This document shows positions 12,187-25,288 of a stretch of DNA of 64,000 nucleotides, piece by piece. The notes beneath the pieces were generated by a model that saw nothing but the letters and a program-made list of their open reading frames with translations, did no database searches and had not been told where the DNA came from. The stretch comes from Octopus vulgaris (Eukaryota), in NCBI GenBank assembly GCA_951406725.2, contig OX597814.1, forward strand, positions 185,070,001 to 185,134,000. Reading direction: 5' to 3'. Positions within the stretch are counted from its first letter, which is position 1. Every line of letters starts with the position of its first letter. The position numbers and the translations under genes were made by a program.

Positions 12187-12573
12187 TTTATACACTTAAT
12201 TTTCTAAAACAGATGACAGTGTCTTCTGTGCGAAAGCAAATGGAAATATAAATAGATTCTTCGTTCTGAACAAGGTAAATCATCAGAAGCAATGGTTGTG
12301 CTTCCTATTACAAGAGATATGGGCCGTTGGCTACGACTTCCTAAACCTTCCGTCTCCATCAATATGAACAAGTATTTTTGCTGAAAGGAAAAGATTCCAG
12401 ATGTTACAGATAGGGTAAGTTCTATATTTTGTAAATGGATGTTATTATTATCAGCACCAATAACAAATAACTTCAGCAAGTAAATTTAGCTTTCTACAAG
12501 CTTTTACAATATTCATACCAAAGTTTGCGTTTGCAGAACGTCGAAATATACACCCAATATTAAATTCGGTTCC

Positions 12574-12952
12574 TAGCACGCCAGGTAAAATGCTTAATGG
12601 TATTTCGTCCGTCGTTATGTTCTGAATTCAAATTCTGGCGAGGTCGACTTTAGCTTTCATCCCTATGAGGTCGATAGAGCACTGGAGTCGATGTGAAACT
12701 GATACCTCCCGCCACTGAACTTCCTGGCCTTATTCCACAATTTGAAAGCTATACTAAATCTGGTTCCTAGCACGCCGGGCAAAATGCTTGGCGGTATTTC
12801 GTTCGTCTTTACGTTCTGAGTTCAAAATCTGCCGAGGGTTGACTTTAGGTTTCAATTCTTTGGCAATCTACAGAATAAATACCAGTTGTACACTGGGGTG
12901 GATGTAATCGACTAGCCTCTTTCCTCAAAATTGCTGGCCTTGTGCTAACATT
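12574..12952 (+). mobile_element. Two tandem decayed SINE B copies
   Basis: TAGCACGCC(A/G)GG…TTCAAA…G(T/G)(C/T)GACTTTAG repeated at ~12574 and ~12768. Confidence 0.7.
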
Positions 12953-13097
12953 TCAAAGCAATAGTCTGTCCGATTCCTTTCCATGCAAATTTTCCATAGC
13001 CTTTGTGAATGCCTCGAAGACTATGTATTCATGAAGAGCTATGGCATGTAGAGGTAATGTATGTGCGTGTATGCATGAATATAAGTATGTATATAAG

Positions 13098-13151
<54 letters not shown>

Positions 13152-13156
<5 letters not shown>

Positions 13157-13425
13157 TATATTAACGGCATTACTATACATGAATGCCTCACGCTAGGAGG
13201 GACTCTTAAAGGCTCGCTTCGAGAGTTGCATTCTCTTGCGTTTGGTACAATGTGTTTATTAGTTTTGATTGTAATAATCCTTCCTAGCGTGAGGTATTTA
13301 TGAAAAGTAATGCCTTTAATATAAATAAATATATTTAAAAGGAATAATTAATGAATTTTCCTTTATGAGGGTTTCACGCTAACTACTTGATAAATTCTTA
13401 TAAAGATTTTATCCTACTTTTAAAA
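13152..13425. repeat. Fold-back element (~50-bp arms, 13152-13328) plus 3' extension
   Basis: TTATTTATATTAACGGCATTACT…CCTCACGCTAGGA / TCCTAGCGTGAGG…AGTAATGCCTTTAATATAAATAA; the downstream tail resembles 29755-29845. Confidence 0.8.
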
Positions 13426-13495
<70 letters not shown>

Positions 13496-13510
13496 TATAT
13501 ATATTTTTTT

Positions 13511-13849
13511 GCGGAGGCCCCTTTTGGTCATAACCGACCATGGGATTGCACCTAGGAAGTTACCCTCCGAGGCATAAGTCTGAGCAAGGTTGTTTATGGA
13601 AGACCAGTTGTCACCCATGCATACCGGCCTCCCCTTTCCACGCCACCAGTATTATCCAAGGGAAAGGAGAAGGCCGATACAGCTTGGCACCTGTGACGTC
13701 GCAAATCCTTTCTACAGCTGAGTGAACTGGAGCAAGGTGAAATAAAGTGTCTTGCTTAAGAACACAACACGCAGCCCGGTCCGGGAATCGAACTCACCAC
13801 CTCACGATCGTAAACTCGACACTCTAACCACTGAGCCATACGCCCTCAC
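13511..13849 (-). mobile_element. SINE family F (tRNA head, CORE-like middle, RTE-like tail)
   Basis: Minus strand TGGCTCAGTGGTTAGAG (A box), GAGTTCGATTCCC (B box), TGTGTTCTTAAGCAAGACACTT; relatives at ~21.3-21.6k and 58.2-58.5k. Confidence 0.8.
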
Positions 13850-13889
13850 CATATACATATATATATACATACACACATATCTATATATA

Positions 13890-14034
<145 letters not shown>

Positions 14035-14510
14035 TAGGAGAAATAGTGAGAACGACAGAGAGAAAGCTGTACATTAAATCCACGTATATGTACGTATACA
14101 GACAGAGACTCATAGAACTTCATAGACATACTTCAAAGAAAGGACAATGTATAATAAATATATAAAATCACACATATTCTCAACAGGTTTATGGAGAATT
14201 GGTGTTTTATGGTGCCAAGTAAAACTGGGCCAAATTCTGCAACAAATATATTTCATACATTGGTTACCTAGGAAACTAATTTGCTGCTGGAAATTTTACG
14301 TTTCCGATTGTTTTGACTAACACGTGATTTGTATACACACATACACACACACACACAAGTGTGTGTGTATGTATGTAGGTATTTAGGTAGGTAGGTATAT
14401 ATACGTCTGTCTGTGTATTTGTGTATGTCTGTGTATTCTGATATATTCAGGTACAAATTTTTCTGTTCATGTATATTGTATGTGTGCATATATATATATA
14501 TATGTATATA

Positions 14511-14549
<39 letters not shown>

Positions 14550-14618
14550 GTGTATGTGTGTGTACTACATATATAAATATACATATGTATATATATATAT
14601 ACATATATACATATATTC

Positions 14619-14649
<31 letters not shown>

Positions 14650-14763
14650 CAAACATGCATATATATATCTACCTCTCTATCTATCTAACTCTCTGTCTCT
14701 CTCTCCATCTCTCTTTCTCTATCTATCTATCTATCTATCTATCTCTCCATATCTATCTATCTA

Positions 14764-14814
<51 letters not shown>

Positions 14815-15002
14815 CAAATAAGAAAAGGAGAAACAATTTAGTTTGTTCATCAACTTTCGTATATTAGAATGTTGAATTATTTATTCATTTAACAAAAAGA
14901 GAACCTTAATAGCATACCTATATATCTTATAATTCAATGCATATAAGATAAGAATACAAATTATAAAATCATAATATAAATTATTGAAATCATTAAAATC
15001 AT

Positions 15003-15134
15003 TCCTTACAGCTGTTTCAGCCTAGTGTTAAAAGTAGTTATTTTTATGTTTATTGCCTATAGTTGTCAATTATATTGAGGTTGTAGGCATTTAAAAATAG
15101 GGTGCTTATATATAACAATAGGCCTCATCAGAGA
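15003..15134 (-). ncRNA. Type-I hammerhead ribozyme (Penelope-type minimal), intact core
   Basis: Minus strand: TCT-CTGATGA-GGCCTA-[94 nt]-TAGGCT-GAAAC-AGCT-GTA-AGG; palindromic stem III ACAGCTGT. Confidence 0.7.
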
Positions 15135-15461
15135 TGATAAAGAACTTTAAAAATATTAATACATGAAACAAGATACACGTATAATTTAATATATATATAA
15201 ATATATGAACAAATATCCATATAGACTAATACATATACATATATACACATATACATACATAAGCAGAGTGTATATACTTTTACATGCGTAAAAATACATA
15301 AATAAACACAATTAAACATATATATATATATGTATACACACACACACGCACACACATGTATATATGTATATGCAAATGTACTTGAAATAATGTTTCACCA
15401 ATCATATGTATTCGAGAAAACCATTGCGATTTTAATACTTCCAATATTAACTTTTCTTGAC

Positions 15462-15975
<514 letters not shown>

Positions 15976-16394
15976 GTTCTGTTGGCCTGCTCGCTTAGCC
16001 AGCGGGGTGGCGTCATTCGAAGGCTAAAACAATGCGAACGCATTGTGACCAGCGATGTGTAGCAACATCTGATGGTCTGGTCACATGATGATGACATGAT
16101 GATGATATATATATATATATAACTTATTGAGTTTTACTTCCCGGTAATTCCATTCCGCTTTGGTAAAATATATCCACTCTACATTTACAATGTATTTGTT
16201 CTTTATGGAGTTGTCTTATTCTTGATTTTTATTCGAGGATTGCATATATGTATGCATGTAATTAAATGATAAACTTGTGGAAAGTTTTAAATATTTTTAC
16301 AGTTTCACAAAGAAACTGAATCTCTAGTCTTCGAATCACTTTTCTCCTTTCTGGTTTTGAGAAGACTAATTTCTCAAGATTGGTAATTCAGGCA

Positions 16395-16780
16395 GTGGGT
16401 TTAATATCCCAGTGCCCCAATAATTACAGGTATAAGCCTGAACTTGTAATCTAGATAGAGCAACTGCAGATTTCTTAATAGTTCAGTGTAAGTACTTTGT
16501 TTTTCGCTGATCTTTACATTTATGTTAATACTTGCTGGGCAGATGTTAACATAACTACACACAGTTTCTCTTCTCATTATATCAGGTCTATCGTGTTTAC
16601 ATTTTATTGAGGTTTTCACCGGGATATTACACCAGTACTTCATTTTTTTGTATGAGTGGCTATGGCTTTAACCATACTGTGGGTTCTTATTTCTTTGTCC
16701 TAGGAATTAACCAGTGGACGGATCTCGTTATACAGTGTCCTAGCACCAGCACCATGTGATGTGGGTGATATTTTCGGTGT
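16395..16780 (-). mobile_element. Fragment of an RLE-type non-LTR retrotransposon (R4/Dong-like)
   Basis: ORF 16401..16643 has YWCNIPVKTSIKCKHDRPDI…ISEKQSTY..L…IPVIIGALGY (PD-(D/E)xK restriction-like endonuclease); upstream HGAGARTLYNEIR resembles the RHD-x-VA motif. Confidence 0.75.
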
Positions 16781-16807
16781 GTATGCATGTATGTATTATG
16801 TATACAC

Positions 16808-17223
16808 TTTACTCTTTTACTTGTTTCAGTCATTTGACTGTGGCCATGCTGGAGCACCGACTTTAGTCGAGCAAATCGATCCCAGGACTTATTCTTTGTA
16901 AGACTAGTACTTATTCTATCAGTCACTTTTGCCGAGCCGCTAAATTACGGGGACGTAAACACACCACCATCGGTTGCCAAGCGATGTTGGGGGGGGGACA
17001 CTAATACACAAACATATACACACATACAAACACGCAAACACACACACACACACACACACATATATACGACGAGTTTCTTTCAGTTTCCGTCTACTAGATC
17101 CACTTACAAGGCTTTGGTCGGCCCGAGCCTATAGTAGAAGACACTTGCCCAAGGTGCTTCACAGTGGGACTGAACCCGGAACCATGTGGTTGGTAAGCAA
17201 GCTACTTACCACACAGCCACTGC
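16808..17223 (-). mobile_element. SINE family A, full length
   Basis: Homology to family A. Confidence 0.85.
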
Positions 17224-17263
17224 TATAAATATATATATATATATATATGTGTGTGTATATATA

Positions 17264-17422
17264 CAACCGATGCTGGCGTGTTTACGTCCCCGTCACATAG
17301 AGGTTCGGCAAAGAAATCGATAGAGAGAGAAAGAGTCCGGGGTCGATTTGCTCGACTAAAGGCGGTGCTCCAGATGGCCGCAGAAATGACTGAAACAAGT
17401 AAAAGAGAAAGAGTAAAAGAGT
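17264..17422 (+). mobile_element. SINE family A 3' half
   Basis: CAACCGATGCTGG…GGCGGTGCTCCAG…CTGAAACAAGTAAAAGAG. Confidence 0.8.
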
Positions 17423-17423
17423 A

Positions 17424-17469
<46 letters not shown>

Positions 17470-17674
17470 TGAGAGTGAGGGGGAGAAAGAGAGAGGGATA
17501 TATACATACATACATACAGAGAACTTATACGCTATGCATCGTGAACCATAATAGTTCGACTAGTTTCTTAAAAATAAAGGTTTACTTTTAAAATTTCTAA
17601 ATGCTTCATACAAATTGAATCCAATATATTTACGTTAGCGTGCTAGTGTGTGTATGTGTATGTGCGCGTGAGTG

Positions 17675-17710
<36 letters not shown>

Positions 17711-17716
17711 TGTATA

Positions 17717-17747
<31 letters not shown>

Positions 17748-18070
17748 TGCATATTAATAACTGATTTAGAATATCTCAATTGTAAGCCAGAATCCAACTT
17801 CAAAGACCATTGGGAATTAGATTCTGGTAAATTAATAATGGCCCATGTTTTAACATCTAAGGTACACTAACCAATATATATATGTGTGTGTGTTTGTGTG
17901 CGTGTGTGTGTGCATGTGCGTGTGTATGTATGTATGTATGTATTTATGTGTGTATATATGTACTATAGCTGTAGATATACATATATGTGTATATATATAT
18001 ATTATATATATATATATATATAGTTGTAATATGTATATACATACATATAAATATATATATATGTAATATG

Positions 18071-18122
<52 letters not shown>

Positions 18123-18210
18123 TATATGTATGAATATATGGATGTATGTTCATACATACATATATTAAATATTTATGTATGTATATATATATGTATATAG
18201 TTGTAATATT

Positions 18211-18269
<59 letters not shown>

Positions 18270-18580
18270 GCACATATGTGGGTTTGCCATGGACCTGCTG
18301 AGAAAGGAAATAAATACACACATCCAGGATCTTATCTTACGAGATATAAAACAAACCCCCGACATTGCTAACCACCAAGATCTTAGTTTCAAATATTTCT
18401 TCAATATGAAAGCCGACTTGTTTGCCTTAGCTGTGAAAGCAATTTGTGATTGTCGGAACAAAGTGAATATCAAGATTTTTTTTCAAACTCTTGTTTTTTC
18501 TTAACACTAACCTACAACCATACAGAGTCATACACAAATACAATACCATATACATATTACCCATATGTGGACACGCACAG
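18270..18580 (+). mobile_element. Possible decayed Penelope-like linker fragment
   Basis: Non-simple stretch translating [12 protein letters not shown]…KAICDCRNKVNIKIFFQT…RVIHKY; weak resemblance only. Confidence 0.3.
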
Positions 18581-19259
18581 ACACTTATATACATACATGT
18601 ATATATATATATATATATTTTGGTTTCTGTTTTTGGCAATGGTTTTAATGTCCATATTCATGTTATATACAACAAGGTTCGTTATTATTCATAGTCATAT
18701 GTATTTCCTTCAGTTTCAAATTAATGTGTTAGTTCGGGTTATATTATCTTTAAAACTAAATACACTCTTTCATCCCAACCACCCTAAATATTTATATACA
18801 CACTCACCGATATGACATTCCATATATGCCTGAATATGTGTGTGAGAGAGACAGAGAGAGCGAGTGTGTGTGTATTTGTATGCGAGTTCATGTGTGTGTT
18901 CTTGTGCACTCGAGTCAAAATATTTATATAATTCATACACATACAAACATATATGTATGTATATGTATGTATATATTATGTATGTATATGTACTCGTATA
19001 AATGAAATGCACAGTATCCCAAAATACCACCCATATTCCAAGAAATGAATTTTTCGGACATATGTACTAGAATTTTAGAATTTCAGCAGTTATTTTGGTG
19101 ACCACACACACACGTACATAAACATATACCTCACACAATCACGCGAGCAAATATACACCTACATATATGCATAATTAATTATACATATACATATGTATGT
19201 AAGTGTGTGTATGCTTATATGTGTGAGTTTGTAAATATATATATATATATATATATATG

Positions 19260-19441
19260 ATAGATCGCTAGCCACTACACATTCTTTATTTTCTCTCCTT
19301 GTTTCTTTCTCTGTTCCTTTCTGTGGAAGAGCGTAGGCTCGAAACTTTAACGACTTTTCCACTTCCCGAGTGTTATACTAATACATCTGTTTGTTGTCTG
19401 CACCACCTGTCTTCGTCTTTTGTTTTTTTTCGGTGAATTCT

Positions 19442-19445
<4 letters not shown>
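19260..19445 (+). mobile_element. Short (TA)n-flanked repeat with hammerhead-like remnant
   Basis: CTGTGGAA-GAGC-GTAG-GCTC-GAAAC at 19321-19345; the 3' part CCACCTGTCTTCGTCTTTTGTT is shared with 9870-9912. Confidence 0.5.
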
Positions 19446-19510
<65 letters not shown>

Positions 19511-19554
19511 TCTGTTTTTGTTTTCTAACATTCCTCGTGTGAAACCGTGTGGAC

Positions 19555-20520
19555 GGGTAACCTGGTTCTATCGAAGATCGAAGTTGGGTACACGGTCTAC
19601 GGAGTGTTGCAAGGCTCTCCTGCTATTCCGTCGCTCGGGCAATGCCTGCAGTGGAGGTTCTACCGCATTCTTTTATAGAGGGCTTGTAGAGGCGGAATGT
19701 GACGATACCTTAGGGGAAACCCTAGTTCTCGACGATAATCAGCTGGCCAGTCTGTTCCATGTACATTCGAGCCGAAGACCCTGGACAACTTTCAGAAGTC
19801 TCTGGCATCGTAGTGTTACTGAGGAACCTTACCTGTTCGGGACAAGCTCATAAATCATGGTGACCACAGCCCTTCGACCTGTCCAAGATGTGAGCGGGAT
19901 AAGGAAACCGTCACGCACGCTATTGTTCAGTGTTCGGAGGTGTCAGACCTGTGCGTTTATGCTGAACAACTGTTGTCAAGTGCAAGAAGAGAACAGCTAT
20001 CGACTGAGTCAATAGTAAAAATTGACCCGCCTGATTTCCTATCGAAAGAAGGTAAGAATTGCTTTCTCATTGTAGTAGCAATTGCGTGAGAGATGATTTG
20101 GAAGACAAGGCAGAAAGGATTAAAGTCAGGCACCTTCATCTCTGGCACTGAATTGGTGAATTATTTCACCTTTCACCTTAAATGGAAAACAGGGATAGAG
20201 AGAAAATGCCTGACTGTGAAAACGTTCGAAAATCGATGGAAAAATGTAGCACGGATGTTGCGTGTGAATGTAACCTCATGAATGTGACACAGGGCGCATC
20301 CCAGGTATCAGTGGTGTGGCGGGATTCGTGGTATCCGAATTAAACCCACCCCCACTCCATCCGTAATGTCTTCTGGTCCGTCCTATCATTCGATTTTTTT
20401 ATATTTTCATATTTTGTAAATTTTTAATCTCATATTTATGCTTATAAACATTCGTTCATCTGACCCCAAATCCGATTGTGTTGTCCCCTTCTATGCTGTT
20501 GCCTTGTGGGAAATAAAAAA
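19555..20520 (+). mobile_element. 3' portion of a Tx1 (L1-clade) retrotransposon, decayed
   Basis: LPVRDKL…TCPRCERDKETVTHAIVQC (zf-RVT CCHC knuckle at ~19880), MIWKTR, FENRW; internal stops; 3' UTR ends CCTTGTGGGAAATAAAAAA. Confidence 0.8.
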
Positions 20521-20529
20521 TCAACTTAT

Positions 20530-21320
20530 TCTTAGTGCACATTTTGAACAGTGCAGTTTGATTTTAACAGTTATTTAATGGAGTTATAATGGAGATGACA
20601 AAGAGGCATATTCGACATATTTTGGTTTATGAATTCAATAAAGGCAACAACGCAACGGAAAGTGCGAGGAATATAAATGCAGCGTTTGGGGATCGGACAA
20701 TAAGCGTAAGCCAATATCAGCTGTGGTTCCAGAAATTCTGAGCCGGAAATTACAGTCTAAAAGATTAGCCACGCCCTGAAAGATCTGTAGGGACTCGACA
20801 AGGACGTCCTGCAAACCCTGGTGGAACAAAATCCCATCGTAACTAGCAGAGAAGCGTAGATTTGGCCATTCAACCATTCCTCGACACCTGCGTGCCATCA
20901 GAAAACGACTATCTTTGGTTTCAAGACGAAAGGTGTTCTTCCATCAGGATAATGCTCAGCCAAATGCAGTGAGGATGACATTCGAAAGGCTGGGGCAGTT
21001 TGAATGGCAAGCGATGCCCCACCTACCATATTCGTTGGACATTGCCCTATATAATTATCGTTTATTCTGCAGATTTCAAAATGATTTGGAAGGAAAAAAA
21101 TATGAATTCTGTAGACAAGATCAGAACAGTAGCGGAGGAGTATTTTTCATCACGGACGAGTGAATTTTGCAAGAGGGCTCTTGCAAGTCTACCAGATAGA
21201 TGGAAGAGCATTGTAGAAAATAAAGGAGAGTGTATTTTGGATTAAAAAAGAATTTATCTTAATTTTGAAAAATAGAAGGAGCATAAAAAAAAACAGCGTT
21301 ATTTATGGGATTACCCAATA
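20530..21320 (+). mobile_element. Internally deleted mariner transposon
   Basis: ATG 20589 gives MEMTKRHIRHILVYEFNKGNNATESARNINAAFG…WFQKF; C-terminal HQDNAQ…HLPYSLDIALYNY.LF (YSPDLAP-like) and LPDRWKSIVENKGECILD*; right TIR …TTTATGGGATTACCCAA|TA. Confidence 0.85.
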
Positions 21321-21334
21321 TATATCATAGACTC

Positions 21335-21620
21335 TCTTGTCGTTAGACGGCGTATGAGGGTCCGGCAATTTCTAGCTGAACAACCACACAGATGATTGGT
21401 TTATAGTGATCAAATTTTCAAATACTTTCACTCCCTCCATCAAATTGACATTGCCTGTGCAGGTGCATCATGTGCCACATGCAAGATGACAAAATGATCG
21501 CAGAGCAACGTGAAATGAAGCCCTTTGCTCAAGATCACAACACAACGCCCGGTCTGGGAATGGAACCCATGATCTCGTAATTATGAAGGCAACACCCCAA
21601 CCGCTAAGCCATGCGCCTCA
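21335..21620 (-). mobile_element. SINE family F, decayed
   Basis: GAGCAACGTGAAATGAAG…TTGCTCAAG…CCGCTAAGCCATGCGCCTCA matches 13.7-13.85k. Confidence 0.7.
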
Positions 21621-21621
21621 T

Positions 21622-21655
<34 letters not shown>

Positions 21656-21667
21656 AAACACACACAA

Positions 21668-21708
<41 letters not shown>

Positions 21709-21851
21709 AACAAATATTTACGCACACACCTATACGCGTGTATACACACACATGCATACAAACATACATACATATGTGCATATATACATATTTATGCAAC
21801 TTATTTAAAGAAAACTGTTCTGGTTCATGTGTGCGTGTGTGTGTGTGTGTG

Positions 21852-21883
<32 letters not shown>

Positions 21884-22214
21884 TGTATGTATGTATGTAT
21901 GTATGCATGTATGTATGTATGTATGTATGTATGTATGTATATGTACGGTATTGATATTTAATCTAATCTAGAATATTCCAATTACGGATAATATTTTCCT
22001 CATGTCTCGTGATCTCTAATCCTTTCATGCAAATCCTACATTTTTTATAAATTTCACTTCAGAGGGATTTATATCAGAAAATTATTTGTAACTGCAAAGA
22101 GTAACTAATTAAATATGCGTGTGTGTGAGAGACTGTGTTTGTATACATATATATGTTTGTGCGTGTGTGTGTATGTACGTATACATAAACATATATAATT
22201 AATATATATATATA

Positions 22215-22248
<34 letters not shown>

Positions 22249-22254
22249 TTTGTT

Positions 22255-22471
22255 TGTTTATTTATCTAGTTTCAGCTCACAAGCTGTGGCCATGCTGGGG
22301 CACCGCCATTTGGTGTTGCTACATGATTTTACTTCACGAATGCTTTTTAGCAATTGCCATTTGGTGCATGAGAGAGTTCGATGCAGCTGCCCTCATCTGC
22401 ACCTCCTGCCGCGATGTTGGTTCATCTGGGACACCCGACAAGAAGAGATCCAGTTTCATTTTAAAGACATC

Positions 22472-22474
<3 letters not shown>
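22255..22474 (-). mobile_element. CR1-type LINE extreme 3' end
   Basis: ADVFKMKLDLFLSGVPDEP…RAAASNSL; 3' tail GGCGGTGCCCCAGCATGGCCACAGC…GCTGAAACTAGATAAA. Confidence 0.75.
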
Positions 22475-22524
<50 letters not shown>

Positions 22525-22530
22525 GCGTAT

Positions 22531-22842
22531 ATGGGTACAGGACATCATCAATATGTAATACGAAAACAAGTGAGTTCAATACGCAAATAACGAGAGAAAA
22601 GAATGGAAAACAGGACAGGTAACATAAAGAACGACCTTTCATCAGAAGTCGGCTGTCTATCTACTCCTCGTTTCGAGCATTGAACAACAAAATGAGGAGT
22701 AGACAGACAGCAAACAACAGATGAAGGGCCGCTCCTTATGTTACTTGTCCTGTTTTCCATTTCTTTCTCTAGATGTTATCGTATTGAACCTATTTGTTTT
22801 CGTATTTAATGTTGTTTACTGTTGGTGATGTCCTGTATCTAT
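22531..22842. repeat. Fold-back element (~310 bp)
   Basis: Arms GGGTACAGGACATCA / TGATGTCCTGTATCT, GGAAAACAGGACAGGTAACATAA / TTATGTTACTTGTCCTGTTTTCC, inner GCTGTCTATCTACTCCTC / GAGGAGTAGACAGACAGC. Confidence 0.85.
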
Positions 22843-22936
22843 ACACACACACACATATATATATATATACATACATATATATACATTATTTATATTATTA
22901 CTTGATTGAACGCCACGTATTTCCAAGTAAGTTTAT

Positions 22937-23016
<80 letters not shown>

Positions 23017-23304
23017 CAAAGCTAATGATTACTCTTTCTAAATATACTTACATACCTATGCATGCATGTTTGTGCGTATGTATGTGTATGCATACGTATA
23101 TATAATACATATATATATATACATACACACACATACATATATACATATATTCCTAGAGAGAGATGAGGAAAGATAGAGAGTGTTATACATAAGTATGTAT
23201 ACACTAATATATACACATAAATGTATATACACATATATATATATATATGCTTATACATATACATTTATATATTTACAATTATGTATTTTTATTATTTATT
23301 TAGG

Positions 23305-23393
<89 letters not shown>

Positions 23394-23947
23394 GTCGGAC
23401 AGAAATTTTTGAAATTGTATGTATGTAGTAAGCATTGATATAAAAAACGATTTATTTTCATTTCAGTTATAATATTCGTTCACAATAGCACTGTATGACA
23501 GCAGAAAGCAAACTTTATAAAAAAAAGAAACAGTACCATTCGAACCTAATGGAACAACTTTGAACACTATGAGTGATGCAAATAGTTTTCACTCTGGTTA
23601 AACATTAGTTAGTGTTTTTTTTATATATATAGCATTAATCTCTCTGTCTAGGTTATAGTAAAAATTCTTTCTTCAATATTAAGGATTTCTTGTAAAATCG
23701 GTAAGCCAAACGAGCATTTCATATTCATTCGTCATAATTCAAACAATTTCTTCCTTTACATTTTATGGAACTTTCATTTTTAGTTATTCTCCTATTCAAC
23801 TCAGGAAGGTGGTTCTGTGCTTGATAGACATTCGAATTTACTGAGGCGTAAAATCGAAGATTCAATCCATCACAATCAGCCATTTCAAAATCTTTTTAAA
23901 CTTAAGATTAAATTTTGACTGTAATAGATGTTCATCAAAAAATATAT

Positions 23948-24349
23948 ACTCTTTTCTACTCTAGACACAAGGCCTGAAATTTGGGGTGAGGGGCCAATGG
24001 ATTAGATCGACCCCAGTACGCAACTGGTACTTAATTTATCGACCCCGAAAGGATGAAAGGCACAGTCGACCTCGGCGGAATTTGAACTCAGAACGTAAAG
24101 ACAGACGAAATATCTATTTTTTTACTACCCACAAGGGGCTAAGCACAGAGGAGACAAACACAGAGGAGACAAAGACGGATTAAGTCGATTATATCGACCC
24201 CAGTGCGTAACTGGTACTTAATTTATCGACCCCGAAAGGATGAAAGGTAAAGCCGACGTCGGCGGAATTTAACTCACAACGTAACGGCAGACGAAATACC
24301 GCTAAGTATTTCGCCCGGCGTGCTAACGTTTCTGCCAGCTCACGGCCTT
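23948..24349 (-). mobile_element. SINE family B dimeric form
   Basis: Head and body, then tail X, then a second body ending in the alternative tail (…GGCCTTGTGTCTAGAGTAGAAAAGAG). Confidence 0.85.
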
Positions 24350-24621
24350 ATAATACATATATACTGAAGTAACAATAAATTTGGCTATAGAGGCGTGATC
24401 GAGCAAGAATCTGGTCCTAAATCAAGATCAATCTAGTAAGACCATTGCGACAATGAGGTAACATTAAGTTCAAGGTGTGTCATAGGTTTCAAAAACAATA
24501 TTTGGTGCTATACATCATATACGGTATATCTATCGATATCTATCTATCCCTCTACCTATCTCATCTATCTATCCATCCGTCTGTTTGTCTATCTATCTAT
24601 CTATCTATCTCTCTCTCTTAC

Positions 24622-24698
<77 letters not shown>

Positions 24699-25148
24699 AG
24701 GTGTTGCTTTGGCGTGTGATCTACAAGGGAGATCACTTTAGAGTATTTTTTTGGTTTACTTTTCAATTTCTAAAAACTCGTAATAAGTTTACCAAAGACT
24801 TTTACAAAATGATCAGCGACGAGACGAAGGCAGTTGCATTTTTATAAGAAACCATCACTAAATTCACATAATTTCCTAAGAAACAGAAAAGTGCCACTTT
24901 AGCGTGTAATCTGCAATTTAAAAGGAGATTACTTTAGATTATATTTTAGTTTACTTTGTGTGATCTACAGGTGCAAATTTACTTTGGCGGTTGATCTACG
25001 CCTTTATTTTAATTATTATATAATTTTCTTATTATTTAAATAAGAAGAATTTTGAAACAATACATTTCAAGTATTAAGTATGTACAAAATAATTCAAAAA
25101 GAGACCTAAAGTAATCTCCCTTGTAGATCACGCGTCAAAATAGCACCT
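24699..25148. mobile_element. MITE with ~45-bp terminal inverted repeats
   Basis: AGGTGTTGCTTTGGCGTGTGATCTACAAGGGAGATCACTTTAG pairs with CTAAAGTAATCTCCCTTGTAGATCACGCGTCAAAATAGCACCT; internal TGATCTAC sub-repeats. Confidence 0.85.
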
Positions 25149-25288
25149 ATATATGTGCTTTTTTATTTGTATGTATGTATTAATATATATAACTGCGCAT
25201 ATATATACAAATAAAAACATATATCATGAATAGGCACATATTGTTGATTCTTGGAATGCATTTTTGCTTTGATGTCTAATATGTGTAT

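Noticed and set aside
13775-13849. tRNA gene (likewise other A/B-box heads)
   Set aside because: Heads continue into multi-copy SINE bodies and lack a clean acceptor stem.
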